Shown here piece after piece: positions 6,899-15,561 of a DNA stretch of 15,789 nucleotides; positions within the stretch are counted from its first letter, which is position 1, and every line of letters starts with the position of its first letter. Position numbers and translations under genes: made by a program. The notes beneath the pieces were generated by a model. It saw only the letters and a list, made by a program, of their open reading frames with translations, was not told where the DNA came from and did no database searches. Source of the DNA: Candidatus Micrarchaeota archaeon (GTDB taxonomy: Archaea; Micrarchaeota; Micrarchaeia; Anstonellales; Bilamarchaeaceae); contig JAQBFN010000054.1 of the NCBI GenBank assembly GCA_032123335.1, positions 1 to 15,789 of the forward strand, given 5' to 3'.

Positions 6899-7822
6899 AT
6901 GGAGCAGAACACAGCGGTTGCAGGGATTCCTGATTTCCAGGAAATCCTCACAAACCCGATTCTGGATATCGCCGCCCGGTTCTGGGATGATGAGAGGTAC
7001 AAAGCCTTCACGGTATGCTACCGCTCCATGCGTGCAGTTGATGACCTGGTTGATAACCGCAAGGCATCCGGGCAGAAACTGTCTGATGCTGAAAAGCAGC
7101 AGATCAGCTCCACAATAACCGAATGGGTAGCCACCGGGGCGATGCTGGGTGGCTCTATCCAGAAGAACCTGGATGAGATTAGGAGAAGGTTCAGGCTCCC
7201 GGCCTGGCCCTGGCAAAGGCTCTCCAGGTCCATGATTTATGATGTAAACCATGAGGGATTTGAAAGTTTTCCTGCTTTTCTTGAATATTCTGAAGGGGCT
7301 GCGGTGGCTCCGGCAACTATTTTCATGCATCTGTGCAGTGTTGCCAAAAAGGAAGGGGATTACCACCCCCCTGAGTTTAATGTAATAGAGGCGGCCCGCC
7401 CGCTGGCCAGGTTCTGCTACCTGGTCCACATAATCAGGGATTTCCAAAAAGACCAGGAGGAAAACCTGAATTATTTTGCAAATAATCTTCTGGAAGAGAA
7501 TGGCCTTACTCCATTAGAGTTGAAAGAGATTGCAGCAGGGGCTGAAGTAAGCCCTGAATTCCGCAGGTTGATGGGGAAGTATCACGGATTCGCAGCGCAG
7601 TACCGGGCTGAGTCAAGAGCCATGATTGACAGGATTGGGGTTCACCTGGAACCAAGATACCTGCTCAGCCTTGAGATTATTTTCGGTTTGTATTCCCTTA
7701 TTTTTGAGAGGATTGATGTTTCGGGCGGAAAGTTCACCACTGCGGAACTGAATCCATCTGCAGAAGAGATTAAGGAAAGGATAAACAGGGTTGTTCTGGC
7801 ATTTGCATCTTCTAAAGGATAG
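6899..7822 (+). CDS. Squalene/phytoene synthase family protein (head-to-head trans-isoprenyl diphosphate synthase fold)
   Basis: First Asp-rich motif YRSMRAVDDLVD, MIYD...F..FLEYSEGAAVAPA segment, and second motif LVHIIRDFQKDQEENLNYF. Confidence 0.85.
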   Translation: MEQNTAVAGIPDFQEILTNPILDIAARFWDDERYKAFTVCYRSMRAVDDLVDNRKASGQKLSDAEKQQISSTITEWVATGAMLGGSIQKNLDEIRRRFRLPAWPWQRLSRSMIYDVNHEGFESFPAFLEYSEGAAVAPATIFMHLCSVAKKEGDYHPPEFNVIEAARPLARFCYLVHIIRDFQKDQEENLNYFANNLLEENGLTPLELKEIAAGAEVSPEFRRLMGKYHGFAAQYRAESRAMIDRIGVHLEPRYLLSLEIIFGLYSLIFERIDVSGGKFTTAELNPSAEEIKERINRVVLAFASSKG

Positions 7823-7863
7823 AGATTTTAACCTGCTTCTTAACTAAGATTACTATGATCCTG

Positions 7864-8094
7864 TTAGGCAGAAAAATAATACCTCTCAAAGAATTTGTAC
7901 TTATTTTCTAATTTCCTCAAACCACTAGATACTTTATTTGTGGATTGAAGATTAATAAGTGCTAATTTTATTGGGCGGGTATCTGAACTAAGTTCTTTGG
8001 CAAGTTCTAAAACACTCAGACCCTCTGGGTGTCTGTTCAATAAATTGAGTATTGATTTCTCTACTGGGGCCTGTTTCTCCACCATTTGCTGCAT
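7864..8094 (-). CDS. Small winged helix-turn-helix-like protein
   Basis: 76 aa, ILNLLNRHPEGLSVLELAKELS...IKLALINLQSTNKV resembles a wHTH pattern. Confidence 0.6.
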   Translation of the reverse strand: MQQMVEKQAPVEKSILNLLNRHPEGLSVLELAKELSSDTRPIKLALINLQSTNKVSSGLRKLENKYKFFERYYFSA

Positions 8095-8134
8095 AGTAAC
8101 ACCATAAATGTTTCGTAAAGATGCTTTTTAAAAC

Positions 8135-8860
8135 TTACGACTTTTTCAGTGACTTCAAGAATTCACAAAGATTATCAAATATTAAATCTGGTTTAACAGG
8201 GAATGCGTCGTAATCCCTCGTTCCAGATTTTACAAGAACGGTGTCGATTGTTGCATTCTTCCCAGCTATGATATCGCTATCACTATCCCCCACCATCACC
8301 ATATGTTCTGGATCCATATCCAATTGGCTAACAAAACCAGGGAGTTCATCAATTTTAGTTTCTGTAACCACTACCAATTCTACTTTTTCTTCGATTTCAG
8401 TGATCATCGCTTTCGTGTGTTGATAATTACACTTACCTTGAGTAACACAGTAGGACATCGCACCAAGAGAGGATACTGCATCCAATACTTCAAATGCACA
8501 TGGAAGAGCCATTAAACAATTATTTTTAGTTATTTTGAAATGAAAAAACAGACGTGCGGCCAGAGAATGCTCATGGTGTTTTAGTTTCAATTTTCTGATT
8601 TCGGGCAACTGACAATATTCTTCGAAAACTCCGGCATCATAATCATGATACTTACGCTTTCCATTCTGGTCCTTCGAAGAGTATATCGATCGGAGACCCG
8701 AATAAAACCCATCAAATGAAGGGAGGTTACTATACCCAATATTTTCAGAAACTAATTTTCTGTAGGCTCGTGTTATTCCTAGCTTTGTTGCTTCGTTAGT
8801 ATTTATCAGGGTATCATCCAAATCAAACAAAAAAATTTGTTTGTCGGTTAGATTTACCAT
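8135..8860 (-). CDS. HAD-superfamily hydrolase
   Basis: Motif I FDLDDTL, motif II VTQG, motif IV MVGDSDSDIIAGKNA, C-terminal PDLIFDNL. ATG 8860 preferred over TTG 8872. Confidence 0.9.
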   Translation of the reverse strand: MVNLTDKQIFLFDLDDTLINTNEATKLGITRAYRKLVSENIGYSNLPSFDGFYSGLRSIYSSKDQNGKRKYHDYDAGVFEEYCQLPEIRKLKLKHHEHSLAARLFFHFKITKNNCLMALPCAFEVLDAVSSLGAMSYCVTQGKCNYQHTKAMITEIEEKVELVVVTETKIDELPGFVSQLDMDPEHMVMVGDSDSDIIAGKNATIDTVLVKSGTRDYDAFPVKPDLIFDNLCEFLKSLKKS

Positions 8861-8926
8861 TGAGTAAAGCAATTGTTGGCATAATTATTAATTTATGTAG
8901 GTTTCATGTAAAGCAGTTTCATGACA

Positions 8927-10300
8927 TCAAAAGAACCAGGGCAGGAAATTCATCAGGAACGCAACTATGCAGACCCACATTATTATCTTGGGAATAAGCT
9001 TGTTTTCTATGTTGAGCTCTACAAGGCGGTAGCCATCGAACAATGGAAGCGGGAGCAGGTTCACAATTCCAATTATGAAGTTCAGGCAGAACACCAGCGC
9101 AAGCAGGCGGAATATGAAATCGAGCGGGAAGAAATTGTACCTTGTATACGGGGCTGAGGAAAGCGGGGCATAGTAGATGCCAAGCTTCCCTTCTTCATCC
9201 GCTTGTCGCTCTATTGTTCCGTAATTGGTTTCAAGGACTGCTGTTTCTCCGGGGGTGAGGTTGAGCTGCTGCACCCCATCCAGTTCAATTCCATTTATGG
9301 ATTGGATTATCGTGCCTTCCTCCATTCCCTCCACAACCATCCAGCCGGTTTCCTTGAAGGGTGCAGTTACAAACAGGAAGGCGAACAGGAGAATAAAGAA
9401 GATCACTGAAGTGATAAGATTGGAAGTGGAGCCTGCAACAACCACGCGGGTCTGGATCTCTTTGGATTTTGTAACAAGGCGCTTCTCATCAGGCTCTACA
9501 AATGCACCTACGGGAATTATGCCGAAGAATGCAAGGCCGGAGGAAATGAGCGGGACCCTGCCCAAGACCGAGAGGGTTGCGTGCGCGCCTTCGTGCACAA
9601 CAAGTATCAGGATTAATGCAAGGATTCCTTCAATGAACGGGATGTTTATGCCCGGGAGGATTAGTGTAACTCCGGGGGAAGTCTGGGAAATGGTGTCTGC
9701 ACCGAAAATTACTGAATCAACAAATGCACCCAGAACCGTAAACCCATAAGAGATAATGGAAAGGGTTACCATTGTGCTTAACCCTCCAATGTACACGGCA
9801 GACATAAGGAAAATGGGCCCAAACAGGTTGGTTGAGGTTGTTACGCCTCCGCTTTCAGTTCCCAGGTTTAACCCAAGGGAAATTGAAAGGAAGGGGAGCA
9901 CCATGGGTGAAACAAAGAACAGGATGAACGTAAGCAAAATCATGGCGGTCCCGAGAACTTTTAGCCTTCCCTGGGGGGTGCGCTGCACTATAAAATAACC
10001 CATAAGGCCAAATGCAAGGCAGGTTCCCACATCTGCAAAGAACTTCCAGAATTCCTCGTGCTTTGCAAGTTTCTTGATTATTTCTATTCCCTTGGTTGTG
10101 CGGACAAGGATTACACCCCATTCAGACTGCACTCCGGTAAGGAGGGAAAGGCCCTTTGCAGAGCCCAGCAAAACAATTATTGCGCCAAAGAACTTGAGCG
10201 GGGCGGAAAAATCGGTTTCAAGTATGAAAAAGATGGCGCCGAAAGTAACCACTACCAAAAGAGGAAGCAGCAGATGCGCTAAAGGCGACTTCTTTTCCAT
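8927..10300 (-). CDS. Site-2 protease (peptidase M50) intramembrane zinc metalloprotease
   Basis: HEGAH zinc motif, GAFVEPDE, AGSTSN, NLLPLPLFDG motif, multiple TM helices and a degenerate PDZ-like insert. ATG 10300 preferred. Confidence 0.93.
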   Translation of the reverse strand: MEKKSPLAHLLLPLLVVVTFGAIFFILETDFSAPLKFFGAIIVLLGSAKGLSLLTGVQSEWGVILVRTTKGIEIIKKLAKHEEFWKFFADVGTCLAFGLMGYFIVQRTPQGRLKVLGTAMILLTFILFFVSPMVLPFLSISLGLNLGTESGGVTTSTNLFGPIFLMSAVYIGGLSTMVTLSIISYGFTVLGAFVDSVIFGADTISQTSPGVTLILPGINIPFIEGILALILILVVHEGAHATLSVLGRVPLISSGLAFFGIIPVGAFVEPDEKRLVTKSKEIQTRVVVAGSTSNLITSVIFFILLFAFLFVTAPFKETGWMVVEGMEEGTIIQSINGIELDGVQQLNLTPGETAVLETNYGTIERQADEEGKLGIYYAPLSSAPYTRYNFFPLDFIFRLLALVFCLNFIIGIVNLLPLPLFDGYRLVELNIENKLIPKIIMWVCIVAFLMNFLPWFF

Positions 10301-10320
10301 GGGGTTGAATTGCACCAATA

Positions 10321-10329
10321 TTATAAAAA
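10321..10329. promoter_or_regulatory. Candidate shared TATA box for divergent M50 protease and MBF1 genes
   Basis: TTATAAAAA sits centrally in a 52-nt intergenic gap, about 20-24 nt from each ATG (10300 minus, 10353 plus). Confidence 0.5.
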
Positions 10330-10352
10330 TACGTGCTTAGAAAAATGGAAAT

Positions 10353-10832
10353 ATGGAATGTGATGTGTGTGGAAAAAAGGAAGCCTCATTCGTGATACAG
10401 GTTGAAGGGGCAAAGATGGCTGCATGCAGGGGATGCGCCTACTACGGGAAAATAGTTATTTCACTGGAAGAGGATGCGCCCAGGAGAGAATTCCAGGCAC
10501 AGGAAGGGCGAGGGGTTCCGAAGTCCATGCAGCTGGAAGAGGACCTTGTGGAAGATTACGGAAAAATCGTGAGGAAGGCAAGGGAATCCAGGAACCTGAA
10601 GATTGAGGAATTCGGAAAGCAGATAAACGAGATGGCGAGCTACCTGGACAAGATTGAGAACCAGAGCACCCGCCCCCCCATAGAGACTGCAAAGAAGCTG
10701 GAGAAAGCTCTTGGGGTGAAGATACTGGAGAAGGTTAAGGATAGCGCTGTATCTCCGGACCTGGCCAAGTACAAAAAGAAAGACCTGAGCCTCCTGGACA
10801 TGCTTGAAATGCAGCAGAAGAAGGGGAAATAG
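10353..10832 (+). CDS. mbf1: Archaeal multiprotein bridging factor 1 (aMBF1; zinc ribbon plus HTH)
   Basis: CDVCG...VEGAKMAACRGCAYYG zinc ribbon, and LVEDYGKIVRKARE...KIEN...P...AKKLEKALGVKI HTH domain. Confidence 0.9.
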   Translation: MECDVCGKKEASFVIQVEGAKMAACRGCAYYGKIVISLEEDAPRREFQAQEGRGVPKSMQLEEDLVEDYGKIVRKARESRNLKIEEFGKQINEMASYLDKIENQSTRPPIETAKKLEKALGVKILEKVKDSAVSPDLAKYKKKDLSLLDMLEMQQKKGK

Positions 10833-10833
10833 A

Positions 10834-11877
10834 ATGGGTGTGGACCTTGGGGACCTCACAATAAAGCACAAGGCCAGCGTAGCTGATTTTTCAGGGAAGC
10901 CGATTGCAATAGATGGAATGAATATGCTCTACCAGTTTCTTGCATCAATAAGGCAGGAGGACGGGACTCCGCTTAAGGACTTTAAAGGAAGGGTTACCGG
11001 GCACCTATCCGGATTGTTTTACAGGACTGCGAAGCTTGCATCCGAGGGATTGAAGCCTGTTTATGTATTTGACGGGAAGCCGCCCAAATTCAAGGAAAAG
11101 GAGATTGAGCGCAGGAGGGAAGTGAAAAAGGAGGCTGCGCTCAAATGGAAAAAGGCAATTGATGAGGAGAAGATTGAGGAAGCAAGGAGGTATGCGCAGG
11201 CATCCATGAAGCTTACTAAGGAAATGGTGGATGAAAGCAAGGAGCTTCTTACCGGGATGGGGATTCCCTGGGTGCAGGCCCCGAGTGAAGGGGAGGCTGA
11301 GGCTGCGTGGATGGTAAAGCAGGGGGCGTGCTATGCATCCGCTTCCCAGGATTATGATTCTCTTCTTTTTGGGTCTCCGATCCTTGTGAGGAACCTGTCC
11401 ATTACAGGGAGGAGGAAGGTGCCCAGGCAGAACAGGTACGTGAACGTGGTGCCGGAAATAATCAAGCTGGATGAGATGCTGGGAGCGCTGGAGATTACCA
11501 GGGAACAGCTTATCATGATTGGGCTCATGGAGGGAACGGATTTCAATGATGGGGTAAGGGGTGTGGGGCCAAAAACCGGGCTCAAGATAGTGAAGGAGCA
11601 CAATACTTTTGCAAAGGTAAAGAAGTATGTGAAGGAAAAGTATGAGTATGAATTTGAGGTGTATATAGAGGATGTTTATGAATTTTTTATGAAGCCCCCG
11701 ATTGAAAAGAAGCTGAAAAAGCTTGAGTGGAAGGATGCGAATCCAAAGGAAGTTACGGACCTTCTTGTGGAAAAGCACGATTTCTCAGCGGAGAGGGTTG
11801 GAAAAACCCTTGAGAACATGTCTGGGGTAATAAAGGAAGCGGAAAGCCAGAGAACACTAGATAAATGGTTTCAGTAG
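10834..11877 (+). CDS. fen: Flap endonuclease 1
   Basis: MGVDLGDL start, AIDGMNMLYQFLASIRQEDG, YVFDGKPP, APSEGEAEAA, SQDYDSLLFG, GTDFN...GVGPKTG, and C-terminal PIP box QRTLDKWF. Confidence 0.97.
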   Translation: MGVDLGDLTIKHKASVADFSGKPIAIDGMNMLYQFLASIRQEDGTPLKDFKGRVTGHLSGLFYRTAKLASEGLKPVYVFDGKPPKFKEKEIERRREVKKEAALKWKKAIDEEKIEEARRYAQASMKLTKEMVDESKELLTGMGIPWVQAPSEGEAEAAWMVKQGACYASASQDYDSLLFGSPILVRNLSITGRRKVPRQNRYVNVVPEIIKLDEMLGALEITREQLIMIGLMEGTDFNDGVRGVGPKTGLKIVKEHNTFAKVKKYVKEKYEYEFEVYIEDVYEFFMKPPIEKKLKKLEWKDANPKEVTDLLVEKHDFSAERVGKTLENMSGVIKEAESQRTLDKWFQ

Positions 11878-12501
11878 CTTGGAAGCGATGCGGTGGGCGA
11901 GCCTCCGCACCTTGTGCGTTCTTTTTCCTGTTATTTTTCCGGTTTTCAGGGCCTTGAGAAGTTTGGAGGGCTCTAATTCATCTAGATCTAATTCAACATA
12001 AGTGTAGCCGAACTCAAAAATGAAGTGTGCATCGCTTCCTGCGCCCCGCAATTTGTTTTCCGTTTTTGCGTATTCCTCTGCTTTCCGGTCGAACCTGGAA
12101 AGGCAGTGGGCATTGAATACTTCAATTACCTGGATGTCCTTCAGGAGTTTTTCATCCTGGAGGCCTGCACGGAGCGGGTCAAAGGGATGGGGTGCATAGG
12201 AGATTGCCCCCTGGGATTTTATCTGGTCCATTGCCTCATGGAAATCAATATCTCGTTTTATCTCCTCGTTCAGGAAAAGGCCGATTAGGTCTGCTTTCCC
12301 CAGGTGGGTTGAAACCCTGAGCTCCTCCCCGGGAATGAAATCTATCCCCTGCTTTTTCATTTCCGGGATTCCGGACATTGAGATGTGGTCGGTTATTGCG
12401 GGCGTGATTCCGAAATGCTTGGCGCGCTCCGCAAGCTGGGGGATTTTCACGGTGGAATCAAAGGAATAGTTTGTATGGATGTGGAAATCAATCTTCAACA
12501 A
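11857..12501 (-). CDS. PHP-domain metal-dependent phosphoesterase
   Basis: DFHIHTNYSFD, AITDH, PGEE, APHPFD, IEVFNA and GSDAH motifs. TTG start. Confidence 0.9.
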   Translation of the reverse strand: MLKIDFHIHTNYSFDSTVKIPQLAERAKHFGITPAITDHISMSGIPEMKKQGIDFIPGEELRVSTHLGKADLIGLFLNEEIKRDIDFHEAMDQIKSQGAISYAPHPFDPLRAGLQDEKLLKDIQVIEVFNAHCLSRFDRKAEEYAKTENKLRGAGSDAHFIFEFGYTYVELDLDELEPSKLLKALKTGKITGKRTHKVRRLAHRIASKLLKPFI

Positions 12502-12781
12502 AGCACCCCCTTTCCTTCAATAGATTGAAGACTTCAAGGAGCAATGGCTTGCCCTGCGCTGAGTCCACTTCCTTGATTACGATTTTGCCGCTGGAGTAGA
12601 GGACGAACTGCTTTTCCTTGTGGAGAAATGAGAGGAAAACAGAGGTGTTTGCGGTTACCTCGTGGTCAGTGGAGAGCACCTTTTCTGCCTTGCTCAGGTC
12701 CAGCTTTGCCCTTGTGCGCATCTCTATGGATTTGGAAGTTGTGCAGGGGGAGAGGATTACGTATTCCGGCCTGTCGTCCAT
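12488..12781 (-). CDS. Hypothetical protein (97 aa)
   Basis: Tightly packed between the CorA-like and PHP genes on the same strand. LYSSGKIVI resembles a TBP-like beta motif, but the family is not confidently recognised. Confidence 0.7.
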   Translation of the reverse strand: MDDRPEYVILSPCTTSKSIEMRTRAKLDLSKAEKVLSTDHEVTANTSVFLSFLHKEKQFVLYSSGKIVIKEVDSAQGKPLLLEVFNLLKERGCFVED

Positions 12782-13615
12782 CTAGAGTACACCCCGCACA
12801 TAAATATACGAGAGTATTACTGCGATGATTCCGGAAATAACAGTCAATTCAATTATGAAATCGAATGTGACGAGCGCGCTTATTGTAGGGATTCCAAAGA
12901 TTGTTGCTACCGTATTGGGAACGGAAATTATCAGGCTCAGCACAGTCAGGACTGCCATGATTTTAGTGAGGAGCTCAATGCGCTTGTTCAGCTTCCTGGT
13001 CTCGATAATGTCACATTTTGTGCGGAGGGAATCAGTTTCCCTCCTTACGCCCTTGATCCTGTCCACAAGGTGGCGGGCGCGTGCAAGAAGGATGTCGAAT
13101 TCGTAGGGAATTACGTCTATGTTTACGTATTTGAATTCCTCTTCCTCTGCTTCAATGCAGAGGCGGAGAACGTCTTCCGCAATATCCCATACGTCCCTGT
13201 TCCTTTTTGAAACCTGCTCAACCTGGTCAATATCCGGGGAATCGTGCAGCTGGTGGGCTGCCTTCTTGATTGAAGTGAGCTCAGCGAAATAGGTATTGAG
13301 GGAAGAAGAAACCACTTCGTAGAAAAGGAGGGTGCTTGCCTGGTATTTTCCCTTCCTGATTTTTGAGAGCTTGAGCGTCTTGCTCATATTTTTAGCTTCC
13401 GTAGAGCAGTATGCAAGGTTGAAGTCCTTGGAAAGGATAAGGATTTGGTTGGGGTTGGAAGAATCCACGGCCGGAATGCTGAGTATCATGTAGTCTTCAT
13501 CGTAATCTTCGTAGAAAACGATATCGAGGTCCCTCAGGCTGTCCAGGTCGCTGGTTATGTTATGTTCCTTGGCAGCAGCCGTGAACTTCTCGAAGTCCGT
13601 GAACTTCTTTATCAT
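12782..13615 (-). CDS. CorA-like divalent cation transporter family protein (atypical signature)
   Basis: Soluble helical N-terminal region, then LNKRIELLTKIMAVLTVLSLIISVPNTVATIFGIP and a second TM helix at the C-terminus (CorA topology). Start at ATG 13615, alternatively 13636. Confidence 0.75.
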   Translation of the reverse strand: MIKKFTDFEKFTAAAKEHNITSDLDSLRDLDIVFYEDYDEDYMILSIPAVDSSNPNQILILSKDFNLAYCSTEAKNMSKTLKLSKIRKGKYQASTLLFYEVVSSSLNTYFAELTSIKKAAHQLHDSPDIDQVEQVSKRNRDVWDIAEDVLRLCIEAEEEEFKYVNIDVIPYEFDILLARARHLVDRIKGVRRETDSLRTKCDIIETRKLNKRIELLTKIMAVLTVLSLIISVPNTVATIFGIPTISALVTFDFIIELTVISGIIAVILSYIYVRGVL

Positions 13616-13635
13616 AGGGAATAAACGCCCTAACA

Positions 13636-13645
13636 TTTTTATAAG
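13636..13645. promoter_or_regulatory. Candidate shared TATA box for divergent corA-like and dtdA genes
   Basis: TTTTTATAAG lies about 20-21 nt from both ATG 13615 (-) and ATG 13667 (+). Confidence 0.5.
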
Positions 13646-13666
13646 TGTTTTGGGTGGGGTTAGGTT

Positions 13667-14446
13667 ATGCATATCCTGTTCAGCTCGAAAATAGATGCAA
13701 GCGGCAACCCTGCAAAAGTGCTCTCGGAAAACTGGTTTTCCCCGAAGGGGGGGAGGTGGGTTTATGGAAAGCATGTCCTATTGGACACTAACGTGGATAT
13801 GATATTGGATGTGCCTACTGAGTATGATTCTGGGGGGCTGGTTGTGCTCTCCACGCACAAAAGCGAAAAGGAGTACCCAACGCTTACTGTGCATGTGCCG
13901 GGGAACTGGGATGCTGCAGAAATGGGAGGGGAGCCGCGCACCCTGAATACGGTTATGGCGGGCAGGATGAAGGAAGTGCTGCTTGGGCTGGATGAGGGGA
14001 ACAGGAAATACTCCTTAGGGTGGAACGTGAATATGGAGGTGGACCACCATGGGCCAACCTGCAAAGCACCGATAATGTTTGTGGAGATTGGGAGCTCGGA
14101 AAAGGAGTGGAGGAATCCGGTTGCTGCTAAGATTGTGGCGGAAGCGGTTATGCGGATGCTGGAATCGGATTCGGTTTACGATTCTTATTTCTGTGTTGGC
14201 GGGGGGCATTATTCGCAGAAGTTCACTAAACTGGGGCTGGAGGATAATGGACGGGCTGCGGGGCACATTTTGCCTAAATACCAGGCCCCGAACCTGGGGA
14301 TGGACACCTTCAGGCAGGCGATGGAAAAGAGCGTGGAGGAAACTCAGGGAGTGCTGATTGAAAAGAAGGGGGTAAAGAAGGAGCATCGGGAGCTTATTGA
14401 GAAATTTGCTAACGAGTATGGGACTGAAGTAAAAATAGAAAGGTAG
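13667..14446 (+). CDS. dtdA: D-aminoacyl-tRNA deacylase, archaeal DTD2/GEK1 type
   Basis: LSTHKS, PTLTVHVPGN, EVDHHGPT, FVEIGS, GGGHY and GHILPKY motifs. Confidence 0.93.
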   Translation: MHILFSSKIDASGNPAKVLSENWFSPKGGRWVYGKHVLLDTNVDMILDVPTEYDSGGLVVLSTHKSEKEYPTLTVHVPGNWDAAEMGGEPRTLNTVMAGRMKEVLLGLDEGNRKYSLGWNVNMEVDHHGPTCKAPIMFVEIGSSEKEWRNPVAAKIVAEAVMRMLESDSVYDSYFCVGGGHYSQKFTKLGLEDNGRAAGHILPKYQAPNLGMDTFRQAMEKSVEETQGVLIEKKGVKKEHRELIEKFANEYGTEVKIER

Positions 14447-14508
14447 CTTAAAGCGGGTCATGTTTTTATAAAATTTTTACCACAGCGTAAAACAGCAGAA
14501 AAAAATTT

Positions 14509-14581
14509 TAGCCCCACCCGGATTCGAACCGGGGTTACAGGATCCAGAATCCCGTGTCCTTGACCACTAGACTATGGGGCT
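14509..14581 (-). tRNA. tRNA-Gln (CTG)
   Basis: Reverse complement AGCCCCATAGTCTAGTGGTCAAGGACACGGGATTCTGGATCCTGTAACCCCGGTTCGAATCCGGGTGGGGCTA. A1-U72 pair as in archaeal tRNA-Gln, anticodon loop TTCTGGA. Confidence 0.96.
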
Positions 14582-14588
14582 GTTAGAT

Positions 14589-15149
14589 TCAAACCGGATA
14601 CAGCGAGATATCTAATGTGCCAGGTTTGATTATAAATGTTTTGACGCCAGCGGCTTTTCCTGCACCCTCGTCCCAGAAGTTGTCCCCGGTCATGAAGGTT
14701 TCTTCCTTGGGAATGCTGAACTCCTCCATAATGGAATTGAGCATATCCGGGAAGGGCTTGGGGCGGAAAACACTGGTTCTTCCGCGTATTGCATCCACCG
14801 GGATTCCGGATGCTTCGACCACTTCGCGTATTGTGGGCTCTGTGTTGTTAGAGGCGATTGCGGTTTTGTGCCCGAGATTGCGGAGCATCTGGAGAGTGGG
14901 GATTGTTGATTCATAGACCAGGAAGGTTCCGGATTCTACTGCTTTCTTTTCGTATTCCCGAAAAATGCGGTCTACTTCCACCTTCCGCTCCTTTGTATCA
15001 GAAATATTGTTGGAAATATTCACAAGATGCATGGAGGGGTCGATTTCAAAGCCCTGTGATTCTCCGTATTCAATGACTTTCCCCTTTACTTCATTCCAGG
15101 GAACCTGCAGCTCTGCAAGTGTGGAGTCAAAATCAAATATGAAAAGCAT
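14589..15149 (-). CDS. HAD-superfamily hydrolase (phosphoglycolate phosphatase-like)
   Basis: FDFDSTL, IASNN, RPKPFPD and MTGDNFWDEGAGKAAGV motifs. Confidence 0.9.
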   Translation of the reverse strand: MLFIFDFDSTLAELQVPWNEVKGKVIEYGESQGFEIDPSMHLVNISNNISDTKERKVEVDRIFREYEKKAVESGTFLVYESTIPTLQMLRNLGHKTAIASNNTEPTIREVVEASGIPVDAIRGRTSVFRPKPFPDMLNSIMEEFSIPKEETFMTGDNFWDEGAGKAAGVKTFIIKPGTLDISLYPV

Positions 15150-15239
15150 GTTTTTACCTCTGGATATTGGGTAAATATTTTATATGTGAGATTTTAAAAA
15201 GAGTTAGTGTAAATGAAAAAATGTTTTTGCAGAAAAATA

Positions 15240-15310
15240 AGCTGGGATAGGGAATCGAACCCCACTATCCTGATCTGCAGTCAGGCGCATAGCCTATCTG
15301 CCATCCCAGC
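15240..15310 (-). tRNA. tRNA-Cys (GCA)
   Basis: Reverse complement GCTGGGATGGCAGATAGGCTATGCGCCTGACTGCAGATCAGGATAGTGGGGTTCGATTCCCTATCCCAGCT. Anticodon arm CCTGA-CTGCAGA-TCAGG, U discriminator. Confidence 0.95.
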
Positions 15311-15385
15311 AGAAGTAGTAAACATGATTTTAACCCCGTTCTCTTTTTATTCATTATGTTGTCTAACTCTAAACTATTCGTTTAT

Positions 15386-15460
15386 GGGCTCGTAGCTCAG
15401 CTTGGCCAGAGCGGCGGACTTTTAATCCGTAGGTCGGGGGTTCGAATCCCCCCGAGCCCG
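15386..15460 (+). tRNA. tRNA-Lys (TTT)
   Basis: Acceptor GGGCTCG/CGAGCCC plus discriminator G, anticodon arm GCGGA-CTTTTAA-TCCGT, T-loop GGTTCGAATCC. Confidence 0.96.
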
Positions 15461-15561
15461 CTTTCTGTTAGGAAAGGGGACTGTATTGAACGCTAGTTCA
15501 ATCTGAAGCCCATCCCAAAATATGAAGCTGTTTTAATTCTTTTTACATATAATATCTGCTT

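Noticed and set aside
13616..13774. Long N-terminal extension of the CorA-like ORF to 13774
   Set aside because: It overlaps the start of dtdA on the opposite strand and crosses the candidate TATA box.
14509..15460. Introns, split or permuted forms in the tRNA genes
   Set aside because: All four tRNAs in the window fold as uninterrupted 71-75 nt cloverleaves.
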